DNA of 52,015 bases from positions 1-52,015 of the forward strand of contig JAGQKZ010000002.1 in the NCBI GenBank assembly GCA_020429745.1, given 5' to 3'. Shown here one piece after another: positions 17,182-25,570 of this stretch (its first letter is position 1; every line of letters starts with the position of its first letter). The notes below the pieces were generated by a model. It was not told the DNA's origin and searched no databases. It saw only the letters and a program-made list of their open reading frames with translations. This stretch comes from a candidate division WWE3 bacterium. GTDB lineage: Bacteria; Patescibacteriota; 4484-211; GCA-002791395. Made by a program: the position numbers and the translations under genes.

Positions 17182-18474
17182 GTGATCTGCCGAAAAAAGA
17201 TACTTCTTGTTAATATATTTCTGTTCGCGCTTTTACTAGTGCGTGTTGTTAATGTAAATGCTGATGAGTTTTATGAGCGGGGTGGCGACAACAACGATGG
17301 CTACGGTTACCGAGGCGCCTTTAGCTACTGTGCTGTTGGGGGAGTCATGCCGTATGTCTATTCGTCGCTCCCCTCAAGTTGTACGCAAGACGGCTGCATA
17401 ACGTATAACGGTGATGACGTAGTCGGCTATACTACCGAAGCTATTCAAGCGTTTGATTATGATGGTTTGGTTGCATTAAGTAATGATTTTCGAGATATCT
17501 CAGTTCCACCAAATACCCCAATCGATTTCGTCTCGTTTATTCATAACGGGACAGGACACTCAGTACATATTGAGTCGGTACGCGCTAACCTTTCTGAATA
17601 TTATCGTACCGACAGCGTTACTTACGTTCATGATTCTGACTTGGGAAACTTTAATCGGTTAGGTGCGAATGCTTCAATATTGACCACGCCAATTCTTGCC
17701 GTAACGGATCTTGGTGGGGGAAGCTACGACTACAGTTATCGTGATTATGCCTCTTATCAGATTGAGCACTTAATAGACGTAGACTTAAATGATGGAGAGT
17801 ACGTTAACGAGGTTGCATATTCTTTCAACACAATCCAGCCGATGTTGTTGGTCGGTGATGAGTCGTCGGTAGAAGCGATTGCTGTTGGCAGCGAGGCGAC
17901 ACTGACGTATTCTATCGTCGTGCAAAACGTCTCTGCCTATGTCTTAGATGATATCGAGGTCACAGTTACAACGCCGTATAGTTCAAGCGTTAGTCTGGAC
18001 GACGGATCAACCTTTGTTGCCGGAGAAAAGAAGACATATGCATACGAGGTCGCCGGAGCATACGATCCCGACGATTCTGACGCTACGGCAATGATCGCAA
18101 TCACCGACCCCAACTCTCACACGGAAAGTGCGGGTATTGTAACGAACTTTATCGAACGCGATGACGTTGACGACGGGGACCCCGGTCATGTGTCTGCGCC
18201 AACTGGCTGGCTTTCGTGGCAGCCCACCGACCAGGTGCATACATGGTTGATGAATGAGGGGGAGCGTAGTAACAACGAGATCACGCTACTGCCGTACGTC
18301 GCATACGGCGAGGTTGCGGGTGTAATAACCGACAATACGCCCACTTCAACCCCAACCGCTACGCCAACGCCGATATCTGCAGTCTTGCCAACGACGGGTA
18401 ATGTTGGAGCTACCTTGTTTGTTGTTGGTTTGGTAATAGTTATTATGGGAATTGGCGTATTGCTAGTTCTGTAA
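17182..18474 (+). CDS. secreted surface protein with LPXTG-type sorting signal
   Basis: N-terminal signal/anchor (ILLVNIFLFALLLVRVVNVNA), a Pro/Thr linker TPTSTPTATPTP, LPTTG, then a hydrophobic tail. GTG 17182 lies 6 nt after TATACT 17170-17175. Confidence 0.8.
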   Translation: MICRKKILLVNIFLFALLLVRVVNVNADEFYERGGDNNDGYGYRGAFSYCAVGGVMPYVYSSLPSSCTQDGCITYNGDDVVGYTTEAIQAFDYDGLVALSNDFRDISVPPNTPIDFVSFIHNGTGHSVHIESVRANLSEYYRTDSVTYVHDSDLGNFNRLGANASILTTPILAVTDLGGGSYDYSYRDYASYQIEHLIDVDLNDGEYVNEVAYSFNTIQPMLLVGDESSVEAIAVGSEATLTYSIVVQNVSAYVLDDIEVTVTTPYSSSVSLDDGSTFVAGEKKTYAYEVAGAYDPDDSDATAMIAITDPNSHTESAGIVTNFIERDDVDDGDPGHVSAPTGWLSWQPTDQVHTWLMNEGERSNNEITLLPYVAYGEVAGVITDNTPTSTPTATPTPISAVLPTTGNVGATLFVVGLVIVIMGIGVLLVL

Positions 18475-18607
18475 TTCACTCCCGGTTGTCAATGCGTTGG
18501 ATTAGTAGGGGGGGGCATTATGGGTTCGCAACTTGTTGAAGCGGCGACAACGTGGTGTAGTGTCGGCGTACGTATGTGCAGAGTGCACATCGTCTTCCTG
18601 GCGGCTC

Positions 18608-19660
18608 TTACGGGGTGGTTTTGTTGTTTGTCATGAGTCGGTAGCCTTTACCCCTTACCGTCTCCAGCGCATACGTTGGTTTTAGTTTGGGTTTTAAGCG
18701 CGAGATAAGCTTGTAGATCTTCCAGAGCGAGAAGTTATCGTCCGACATCGCAATTAAACTAGCGATCTTGTCTACCGAGATGAGTTGGCCTTTGTTTGCC
18801 AGCAGATAATTAAAGAGAGTTTGTTCCTGTGGGGTGAGCGTGCGTTTTAAGTCTGTCTCTTGAATATTTGTTTGTTGCTTAAAGTACCGTTGCAGCAGCA
18901 TAGATCTTATCTTACCTTTGGTGTTAATGATGCGCAGTTGTTTAAGGTGCTCTTTGGATTCGTTCATGAGTAACGCATAAAGGATCTTCAATTCAAACAA
19001 TATTGCAGGATTTTGCATAAACCTATCGTAGTCTTCGGGCGAGAGGTTATTGTCGGTGATCTCGCTGCACACGTACTTAATAAGCCGAGCTACGCCACCT
19101 GTCAGGCGATAGATCTTCTTGTAGTACTTTTTTGCAATAGACCACCCGTAATAACTGCGATTGGCATCGATCATAATCTGCGTGTCGTCTTCGCTGAACG
19201 GGAGAATGTGGCATATCGACTGAAAAAACGGATGGGTTTTGGCAAAGTATCCTTCTGGGTTCGTGATTCCGGTATGGTTGGTAAGCGCAACTACCGTAAG
19301 ATTTGGGGATTGAAGCTGGATTGCGTGGAGTTTCTCAAGAAATGCGGCGCGACTCTTAAGCAAAAACAACTTGTTCATAATCAACAGCGTCTCCTCGTTG
19401 CTTTTAGGGAGAGAGTCTACGCTTTGTTTCCCTCCCATATCCCAAACAACGATCCTTGTCTTGATTGCCGACTGCAGATTGTTCATCAACATCTTTAAAA
19501 AGGTTTCGCGCCCGGCGCCCGGAACGCCCGATACCAAGATATTTTGGCGTTTTTTGACCTTGTCGATAGTTTGTGTCAACGGTTGTCCGTAGAGTTTGGT
19601 TGGTAGGTTGTCGTAGTAGTTTGTTTCTGGCATATAACTTGTCCAACTTATGTCCAACAA
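18608..19660 (-). CDS. degenerate P-loop NTPase fused to a C-terminal OmpR/PhoB-type winged helix (paralog of 10895-12157)
   Basis: Walker-A-like GVPGAGRE (Arg in place of Lys), TGGVARLIKY, and C-terminus LTPQEQTLFNYLLANKGQLISVDKIA...LISRLKPKLK...ETVRGKGYRL. Start is ambiguous: TTG 19660 or ATG 19633. Confidence 0.8.
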   Translation of the reverse strand: MLDISWTSYMPETNYYDNLPTKLYGQPLTQTIDKVKKRQNILVSGVPGAGRETFLKMLMNNLQSAIKTRIVVWDMGGKQSVDSLPKSNEETLLIMNKLFLLKSRAAFLEKLHAIQLQSPNLTVVALTNHTGITNPEGYFAKTHPFFQSICHILPFSEDDTQIMIDANRSYYGWSIAKKYYKKIYRLTGGVARLIKYVCSEITDNNLSPEDYDRFMQNPAILFELKILYALLMNESKEHLKQLRIINTKGKIRSMLLQRYFKQQTNIQETDLKRTLTPQEQTLFNYLLANKGQLISVDKIASLIAMSDDNFSLWKIYKLISRLKPKLKPTYALETVRGKGYRLMTNNKTTP

Positions 19661-19668
19661 CTGTCAGG
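19640..19668. promoter_or_regulatory. three direct repeats TGTC(C/A)A(A/G) with exact 11-nt phasing (candidate winged-helix operator)
   Basis: TGTCCAAC at 19640 and 19651, and TGTCAGG at 19662. They lie in the divergent region, or the first codons, of the wHTH gene. Confidence 0.4.
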
Positions 19669-19744
19669 TAAATATCTTGATTGCATTGTATAACAGCGGA
19701 TGTACAAGGTTAGGACTTTGTGAACATTAACAAGGAGAATATTT

Positions 19745-19939
19745 ATGTCGAACACTAGTTGCAAAACGGCCCCATGTGGGGCGAAGATCAATGTCGCGGG
19801 GCATGTAGACGAAGCTACTGCCTATCGGATGCACGTCATCGGTTGTCGGAAACCGGAGTGCATTGCTGTGCGGGACAACGTTGTAAACGGGCAACGCTCA
19901 CCGGGATGGTGGGAAGGATATCCGGAGCTGAGTTACTGA
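19745..19939 (+). CDS. small Cys-containing protein (two CX4C pairs)
   Basis: AAGGAG 19732-19737 lies 7 nt upstream of the ATG. Cys pairs are C6/C11 and C34/C39. Confidence 0.5.
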   Translation: MSNTSCKTAPCGAKINVAGHVDEATAYRMHVIGCRKPECIAVRDNVVNGQRSPGWWEGYPELSY

Positions 19940-19970
19940 TGCTTCTTGCAGACTAGAAAGGAGAGCGTAT

Positions 19971-20555
19971 GTGGACGAAATTCTTAGCGTAGCGGGGCCA
20001 GAGGTATTTACCAGAGTTATTGTGTGGCGCAAGGCGGGTCGAAGGGTCGAGGTGCTTGTTGCGCGTATGGACTCAGGCCGCTATACCTTTCTCGGTGGAC
20101 GCACTCGAGTTCGTCCGCAAGAAGGGCTTCTTGATGCTATGGTGCGTGAACTTGGTGAGGAGACTTTGGCTTCCCGTTATGAGTTGAAACGTTTTGAGGA
20201 ACAGCTGGCATGGGATAGCTGGTGGTTTGCGGTAGGGTGGAACCACCGGAGAATCTTAGCGTATGATGTTTATTTCATCACGCGTTGGGGAGCGAACTAC
20301 GGAGAGATGCCGCTGATTCGCTTGAATCCAAACGATGAAGATTACCGAATGGTAAATGCCGTTGAATGGGTGCCGATTGCATTGCTCACCAGGCCGAACT
20401 TGGTACAGTACCGCAATCAAGCGGCTGCGTTAAATCATGCCCGAAAGATGATACGTAATTGGGTTGATCCGATGTCTTTATACAAAGGAGGCTCCTTGTC
20501 CGAAGGGCAGTACTCTGACACCGAGATCGGTCCCAGGGTTGTTGCTTGGGTATAG
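19971..20555 (+). CDS. Nudix-like hydrolase (atypical box)
   Basis: QEGLLDAMVRELGEETL fits E-X7-RE-U-X-EE. GTG start is preceded by AAAGGAGAG. Confidence 0.65.
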   Translation: MDEILSVAGPEVFTRVIVWRKAGRRVEVLVARMDSGRYTFLGGRTRVRPQEGLLDAMVRELGEETLASRYELKRFEEQLAWDSWWFAVGWNHRRILAYDVYFITRWGANYGEMPLIRLNPNDEDYRMVNAVEWVPIALLTRPNLVQYRNQAAALNHARKMIRNWVDPMSLYKGGSLSEGQYSDTEIGPRVVAWV

Positions 20556-20556
20556 G

Positions 20557-20586
20557 ATCCGCCGTGTCTTAACCGATGCGGCGGAT
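20557..20586. terminator. stem-loop between convergent genes
   Basis: An 8-bp stem ATCCGCCG / CGGCGGAT (20557-20564, 20579-20586) with a 14-nt loop. Confidence 0.5.
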
Positions 20587-20590
20587 ATCG

Positions 20591-22894
20591 CTAGTCGTTT
20601 TTTGTGATGGGGAGAGTAAATGCAAACGTTGAGCCTTTGCCTTCCTCTGACTCAACCCAGATCCTTCCACCGTGGAGCTCGACGATGGAACGAGCGATAT
20701 AAAGCCCAAGACCGGTACCTTTCGAGCCTTGTTCTAAAACACCGGAAACTCTGAAGAACTTCTGGAACATGTGCGGAAGGGCGCTCTTAGGTATACCTTC
20801 TCCGGTGTCGATGACCTTCGTTGTCACGAATCCTTTGTCTTCGTCAGTATCGACGACTACGGTTACGCTACCTTCCTTCGTGTACTTAATGGCGTTTGAT
20901 ATCAGGTTGTTTAACACCTCTGTGATGCGCAGGGTGTCGACGTTCACGAGAGATGATGCACCGGATGGCTTTGCGTATTCTAACTTAAGGTTCTTCTCTT
21001 CTGCCTGTGTCCGGTTCTCATTCACGCTTTCAGACACAAGCGCGAGCCAATCCGTGGGTGTCGTCCTTAGTGCATACTCGCCGCGTTCGATGTGGGAAAC
21101 GGCCAGGAGATTTTCCATCAAGCCGTGTAATTGTTGTATCGATACCTCGATGCGGTTAATGTATGTTTTTTGATCTTCGCTCGTTGCCTTCCAGATTTCT
21201 TGCTTTAGCGTATCTAAATAGCCGCGGATTGACGTTAGTGGTGTGCGTAGCTCATGCGCTGCCATAGAAACGAAATCAAGCTGCATCTGCTTTAACTCGT
21301 ACTCCTCTGTGACGTTATGTAGCGTCATGATTACGGCGAGGTTGGCGTGTGAGCTCTCCGCGATCTTGGAGGAGGTGAGGTTTACGAATACTGAACCGTT
21401 GGGGGTGTACATCTTAACACCCTCTTTGGCGTAGACAACGCCTTCAAAAGTGTCTGTTCTTAAGGGACAGTAGTCCTCGGTCTTTACTATCTCGTTATTC
21501 TCGTCAAAAAACTGCACTATCGAGTTCACCGCAACACCTACGAGTTTTTTGGAGTCGATGCCCAGGAGTTTGGTTGCCGACTGATTGGCTACGACTATTC
21601 TCCGGTTTAGATCGACAGCGATTACGGCGTCGTTAACACCTGATAAGACAACGGAAAACTTGTTCCTTTCAGCAGCAGCGTTGTCTCTCTCCGAGGTCAG
21701 TTCTGTGTTTGCCTTGCTAAGCTGCGAGTCTTTTTGCCTAAGAGCTAGGGCATCTTCCTCCAGCTGCGTCTTTTGGCTCTCTAACTGGTCAATCTTACGC
21801 TCGATCTCGTCCATCATCTTGTTAAAAGAGTTGCCCAGATCTTCGACCTCATCCTTTGAGGTTATCGTTGCTCTCGTTGAATAATGTCCGCCTTCAAAAC
21901 TCTGTGTTGTCTCTTTAAGAATCGAGATTGAACGTGTGATGTTTTTCGTAATTAAAAATGCGGCTATCGACATGATGGCGAGGCCAAACAGTACGCTGAA
22001 GAAGACGATAAATAGAAACGAGCTAACGGGCTTTAACGCCTCCTCAGTAGTCTGTTCGACTATTACCGACCAACCAAGATCGTCTACGAGCACGCCACTT
22101 GCGATGACGACATGATTGTTTTCGTTTGTATACGTCTCGTTTTGAAGCCCGGTGGCTTCGCCTGTTCCTGTTAAAAGGTCTTTGACCACGCTTCTGTCGT
22201 TGACGAGGAAGGCTGCGCTGACAAGCTCGCCGTTTGGGTGAAATATTACCCTTCCGTCGCCATCAACTACATAGGCGATTCCGGTGGTGCCGGTCTTGAT
22301 CCCGCCTATAACATCCCAAAGTTGACGAGGGCTTACCTCCGCTCTTACTACGGCAATTACACTCCCTTTGCCTGTGTTCGCGATCACCGGTATGTACATG
22401 TCGAAGCGTAACTCTTGATCGCCGTCTGAGCCGTATAGCTTACTTGTTGTAGACAGGCCTTGTAGCGCGGTGTCTAACTCTTCGTTTGGTACAACGTAAT
22501 TAAGCTGTGAGGCGTCAGATTCTTCAAAACGACTGTAACGAAAGGTCTCTGAGTAATCCAAAGCAATGACACTTATCTTGTTTAGACTGGGGATCTTTTT
22601 AAACGACTCGATAACCCAAGCTTGAAACTCGTCGTGAGGAATGTTTAGCTTGCCGGTGTCTTCGTCGTAATACTCCGCTACACGATCAACGATAACTCTT
22701 GTCTGCAGGTCTGCCTCGTTATAAAAACTGGCGATCTGGCTTGCTCCTATCTTTGCCTTGTCGAGCAACGACTCTCCGATCTTAGCCTTAAGATTTGCCC
22801 CAACGTAGGAGAAAAACAGATATTGTGCCAACGCACTTAACGCTAAAATGACGAGGAAGCTTGCAGTAAGTTTAGTCCTGATACTAAGGCGCAT
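20591..22894 (-). CDS. sensor histidine kinase (TM, Cache-like, TM, HAMP, coiled coil, PAS, HisKA, HATPase)
   Basis: H-box AAHELRTPLTSI; N and G boxes NLISNAIKYT, DTGEGIP, GTGLGLYIA; two TM segments flank a ~270-aa extracytoplasmic domain. Confidence 0.93.
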   Translation of the reverse strand: MRLSIRTKLTASFLVILALSALAQYLFFSYVGANLKAKIGESLLDKAKIGASQIASFYNEADLQTRVIVDRVAEYYDEDTGKLNIPHDEFQAWVIESFKKIPSLNKISVIALDYSETFRYSRFEESDASQLNYVVPNEELDTALQGLSTTSKLYGSDGDQELRFDMYIPVIANTGKGSVIAVVRAEVSPRQLWDVIGGIKTGTTGIAYVVDGDGRVIFHPNGELVSAAFLVNDRSVVKDLLTGTGEATGLQNETYTNENNHVVIASGVLVDDLGWSVIVEQTTEEALKPVSSFLFIVFFSVLFGLAIMSIAAFLITKNITRSISILKETTQSFEGGHYSTRATITSKDEVEDLGNSFNKMMDEIERKIDQLESQKTQLEEDALALRQKDSQLSKANTELTSERDNAAAERNKFSVVLSGVNDAVIAVDLNRRIVVANQSATKLLGIDSKKLVGVAVNSIVQFFDENNEIVKTEDYCPLRTDTFEGVVYAKEGVKMYTPNGSVFVNLTSSKIAESSHANLAVIMTLHNVTEEYELKQMQLDFVSMAAHELRTPLTSIRGYLDTLKQEIWKATSEDQKTYINRIEVSIQQLHGLMENLLAVSHIERGEYALRTTPTDWLALVSESVNENRTQAEEKNLKLEYAKPSGASSLVNVDTLRITEVLNNLISNAIKYTKEGSVTVVVDTDEDKGFVTTKVIDTGEGIPKSALPHMFQKFFRVSGVLEQGSKGTGLGLYIARSIVELHGGRIWVESEEGKGSTFAFTLPITKND

Positions 22895-22897
22895 ATC

Positions 22898-23863
22898 TTA
22901 TTCTAACCATTTTTGCTGGAGAAAAACTAGGTACCCTTGTTTGCGTAACGCCTCCAGAGCGCTATTTAGTTGTCCTACCAGGTCTGATTCACCTTTTCGT
23001 ACAACAATTCCGTAATATTCAGATGTAAACGGGGCACTCGCAATCTTGAGCGTGGAATGTGCCTCCACGATACCCTTCGCGTTTGTGAGATCGGAAAAGA
23101 TGGCGTCCGCCTGGCCTGCGACGAGTGCCTCTGTAGCGTCCTCAAAGTTGTCGAAACTCTTCACAAGTTCGGTTGATGTGTATTTTAGTGCTTGAGTCTG
23201 GTTTGTTGTGCCTCCCTGAACGGCGATTATTTTTCCAGCCAGATCGTCTACCGATTCGATCGTTGTGTTTTGTTCTTGTGTGATTATTACCTGCCCAGCG
23301 TTAAGATACGCTGCGGTGAAGTCGTAAAGCTTCTGCCGCTGCTCGTTTATCGTTACTCCAGAGATAATTACGTCGATATCGCCACTGAGAAGCGCAGGGA
23401 AGAGATCGTCCCAGGCGATGTTGTTGAACTCGGCGGTAAGGCCTAAGTTTTCAGCGAGCTTATTCCCTAGGTCGATGTCGTAACCAACGAGGGTGCCTTC
23501 TTCATCAACCGACTCCATGGGGGGATAGGTTGCATCGGTACCGATTACGAGCGTTGTTGGTGTGCCGGATTTGCTGCTGGGCATGGGTGTGGGCGTTGCT
23601 GTGTTATTTTTCAGGAGATTAGGGAGGCTTACAATAGCGACAACGGCTATTACTAAAACGATCATGAGTATACTCCAGGGGATCAGCGGGAAATGATTAT
23701 TTACAGCGGTAGGTGCTCGTTTTTTCTCTTTTTGTTCGGTGTTCTGGGGCGTTGGAACATCGGCCATCTCGATTTTAAATATTGCACAAATGATTTTTGG
23801 ATGCAAGGTCTTTGCTAGGTAGTTAAAGAGGGTATGACGGAAAGTAGTTGCACCTTCCGTCAT
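22898..23863 (-). CDS. membrane-anchored family-3 solute-binding protein (amino-acid-binding type); candidate anti-sigma/co-sensor
   Basis: A ~57-aa N-terminal cytoplasmic segment, a TM helix WSILMIVLVIAVVAIVSLP, then SBP_bac_3-like sequence (LVIGTDATYPPME, GYDIDL, AWDDLFPALLSGDIDVIISGVTI). The ATG overlaps the sigma-factor stop (ATGA). Its stop lies 3 nt before the kinase ATG. Confidence 0.85.
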   Translation of the reverse strand: MTEGATTFRHTLFNYLAKTLHPKIICAIFKIEMADVPTPQNTEQKEKKRAPTAVNNHFPLIPWSILMIVLVIAVVAIVSLPNLLKNNTATPTPMPSSKSGTPTTLVIGTDATYPPMESVDEEGTLVGYDIDLGNKLAENLGLTAEFNNIAWDDLFPALLSGDIDVIISGVTINEQRQKLYDFTAAYLNAGQVIITQEQNTTIESVDDLAGKIIAVQGGTTNQTQALKYTSTELVKSFDNFEDATEALVAGQADAIFSDLTNAKGIVEAHSTLKIASAPFTSEYYGIVVRKGESDLVGQLNSALEALRKQGYLVFLQQKWLE

Positions 23864-24453
23864 TTCTTACTTCGCTTCTTGGGTTTGCCGTAACCTTGAA
23901 GCTCAAGGTCCTCGCCCAACGCGATCAATGTGCGGTGCAGTAGAGATTTGATCGCACCTTCGGTTCGTCCCATGATGTCGCCGATCTCGGCGTTCGTGAG
24001 CTCATCAATGAACTTGAGCAGGATTAGCTGCTGACGGTCTGGAGGTAGGCGCTGAATAGCATCAAGCAGCGCTTGGCGCTCGAGGTCGTCAACTAGGGAT
24101 TGATGTGGACCTTTCTTCCTTGACGGAAGGAAGGTCGTAACCCAGTCCGTTAACGGCAGAGTGCGCTCATTCTTACGCTTGCTGTCACGGTGGTAATTAG
24201 CCACCATATTGTGGGCGATGCGGTAGAGCCAGGCGGAGAAGGGGTATCCACGGTCTTCGTAACTTTGGATATGATCCAGAGCTTTGTGAAAGACCTTGGC
24301 GGTCAGGTCTTCCGCGTCCTGCTGGTTCCTAACACGGTAGAAGATATAGGTGTAGATCTTCTCGAGATACCTGTCGTAGAGAACGCCAAACGCTTCCGCG
24401 TCGGCCTTTGCTTGTCGGACGAGCGCTCGCTCATCTGGGTGGGGATCGGTCAT
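23860..24453 (-). CDS. ECF-type sigma-70 family RNA polymerase sigma factor
   Basis: Region 2 (PFSAWLYRIAHNMVANYHR) and region 4 (LPPDRQQLILLKFIDELTNAEIGDIMGRTEGAIKSLLHRT), with no region 3. SD AAAGGAGG lies upstream. Confidence 0.9.
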   Translation of the reverse strand: MTDPHPDERALVRQAKADAEAFGVLYDRYLEKIYTYIFYRVRNQQDAEDLTAKVFHKALDHIQSYEDRGYPFSAWLYRIAHNMVANYHRDSKRKNERTLPLTDWVTTFLPSRKKGPHQSLVDDLERQALLDAIQRLPPDRQQLILLKFIDELTNAEIGDIMGRTEGAIKSLLHRTLIALGEDLELQGYGKPKKRSKK

Positions 24454-24474
24454 CGATAGACCTCCTTTCTGGCC

Positions 24475-24741
24475 TCATGCGAAGCCTTGGTTGGGATCGT
24501 GTCGCGCAAGGGGATTGGGCGACTGAACCTCGACTAGGTACTGCAGGGTGTGCGGCCAGAGTCTAATCTCTCGTCCGTCGTGGGTGATGAACACGTGGGG
24601 CGGGGTTGTGGTCGGGTCCGATAGCTTGTCCTCCCCATCGTAACGCATGGTGTCGCCTTCTTTTAGACGACCTTGGTAGTCGCTACCTGGGAAGATATAT
24701 GCTGTAGCACGGATCCGGTAGTATCGGCCTAATTGAGGCAT
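24475..24741 (-). CDS. small hypothetical protein (88 aa) co-transcribed upstream of the ECF sigma factor
   Basis: Strong SD AGGAGGAGG 4 nt upstream of ATG 24741. A 21-nt gap separates it from the sigma gene. No motif recognised. Confidence 0.55.
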   Translation of the reverse strand: MPQLGRYYRIRATAYIFPGSDYQGRLKEGDTMRYDGEDKLSDPTTTPPHVFITHDGREIRLWPHTLQYLVEVQSPNPLARHDPNQGFA

Positions 24742-24799
24742 TGACCTCCTCCTGAATTGTTACGGTACGTTACGAGTATATCCTATCGGGCAAGGGGGG

Positions 24800-25561
24800 T
24801 TACGAACTGATAAGAGCGAGGTGTTGTTTTTTAATCCCTCGCCAGGCACGGGCGCGCGTTACGGTTGTTTTAATGGCCTTCTTTGGTGTGTCGTAACGCC
24901 TGAAGGTTGATTCAACGAGCATCTTTCGATCGGTGATGATGGCGCCATGTGCTGAAAGACGGCTGGAGAACTCGCTGTCGTCGATGCCTTCGGTACCTGA
25001 GGGGGAGGTGATGCTGTTATCGAATCCTCCGGCGGCAAGAAACGCAGTCTTTTTTATTCCAGCGTTCGCTGTCGTTATGGTCTGAAAACCCGCGTACACC
25101 TCTAAGATCTTGGTGATGAAGATATACCAACCCAGACGTGTAACTGCGGGGATTGGTCGGGGGGCGTCGGTCATGACGACGGGACCGGTGATTGCAACAA
25201 TGTGTGGACGCAGATTAAAGTGAGCGTGGATGTGTTCAATCCAGTCTTTTCGTGGCACTGAGTCGGCGTCTGTTGAGGCGATAATCTCGTTTGCCGCCGC
25301 ATTGAAACCGGTGTTTCGAGCAAGGGCGACGCCTTTTTGCGGAACATTGATTACGTTAAGCGTAACTCCGCGTTGACCGAAGGTGTTTTTAAGTGAGAGT
25401 GCCTTGTCGTAAGTCCGATCGGTACAGGCGTTTGCGACAACGATAACCTCGGACGGCAGGACCGTCTGGCTCGCAATGGAATCGAGACACGAAACGATGT
25501 TATCTTCTTCATTGTAAGCGGGAACAACGACTGTAATCGGTGCGTGTCTAACAGACTTCAT
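24800..25561 (-). CDS. family 2 glycosyltransferase
   Basis: VVVPAYNEEDNI and the TDADS (DXD) signatures. Confidence 0.9.
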   Translation of the reverse strand: MKSVRHAPITVVVPAYNEEDNIVSCLDSIASQTVLPSEVIVVANACTDRTYDKALSLKNTFGQRGVTLNVINVPQKGVALARNTGFNAAANEIIASTDADSVPRKDWIEHIHAHFNLRPHIVAITGPVVMTDAPRPIPAVTRLGWYIFITKILEVYAGFQTITTANAGIKKTAFLAAGGFDNSITSPSGTEGIDDSEFSSRLSAHGAIITDRKMLVESTFRRYDTPKKAIKTTVTRARAWRGIKKQHLALISS

Positions 25562-25570
25562 ACTCTAGCA

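Noticed and set aside
19759-19956. 65-aa ORF overlapping the 19745-19939 ORF in another frame
   Set aside because: It has no ribosome-binding site, and its Arg/Cys/Gly-rich composition is typical of an off-frame reading. The 19745 ORF has AAGGAG at the ideal spacing.
23860-23862. Possibility of an alternative genetic code (UGA recoded, as in some CPR lineages)
   Set aside because: TGA terminates well-defined genes at the expected protein ends (the sigma factor at 23860-23862 and the PIG-L deacetylase at 45190-45192). Conserved proteins such as argS, gdh and the kinases have no in-frame TGA. The standard code fits.
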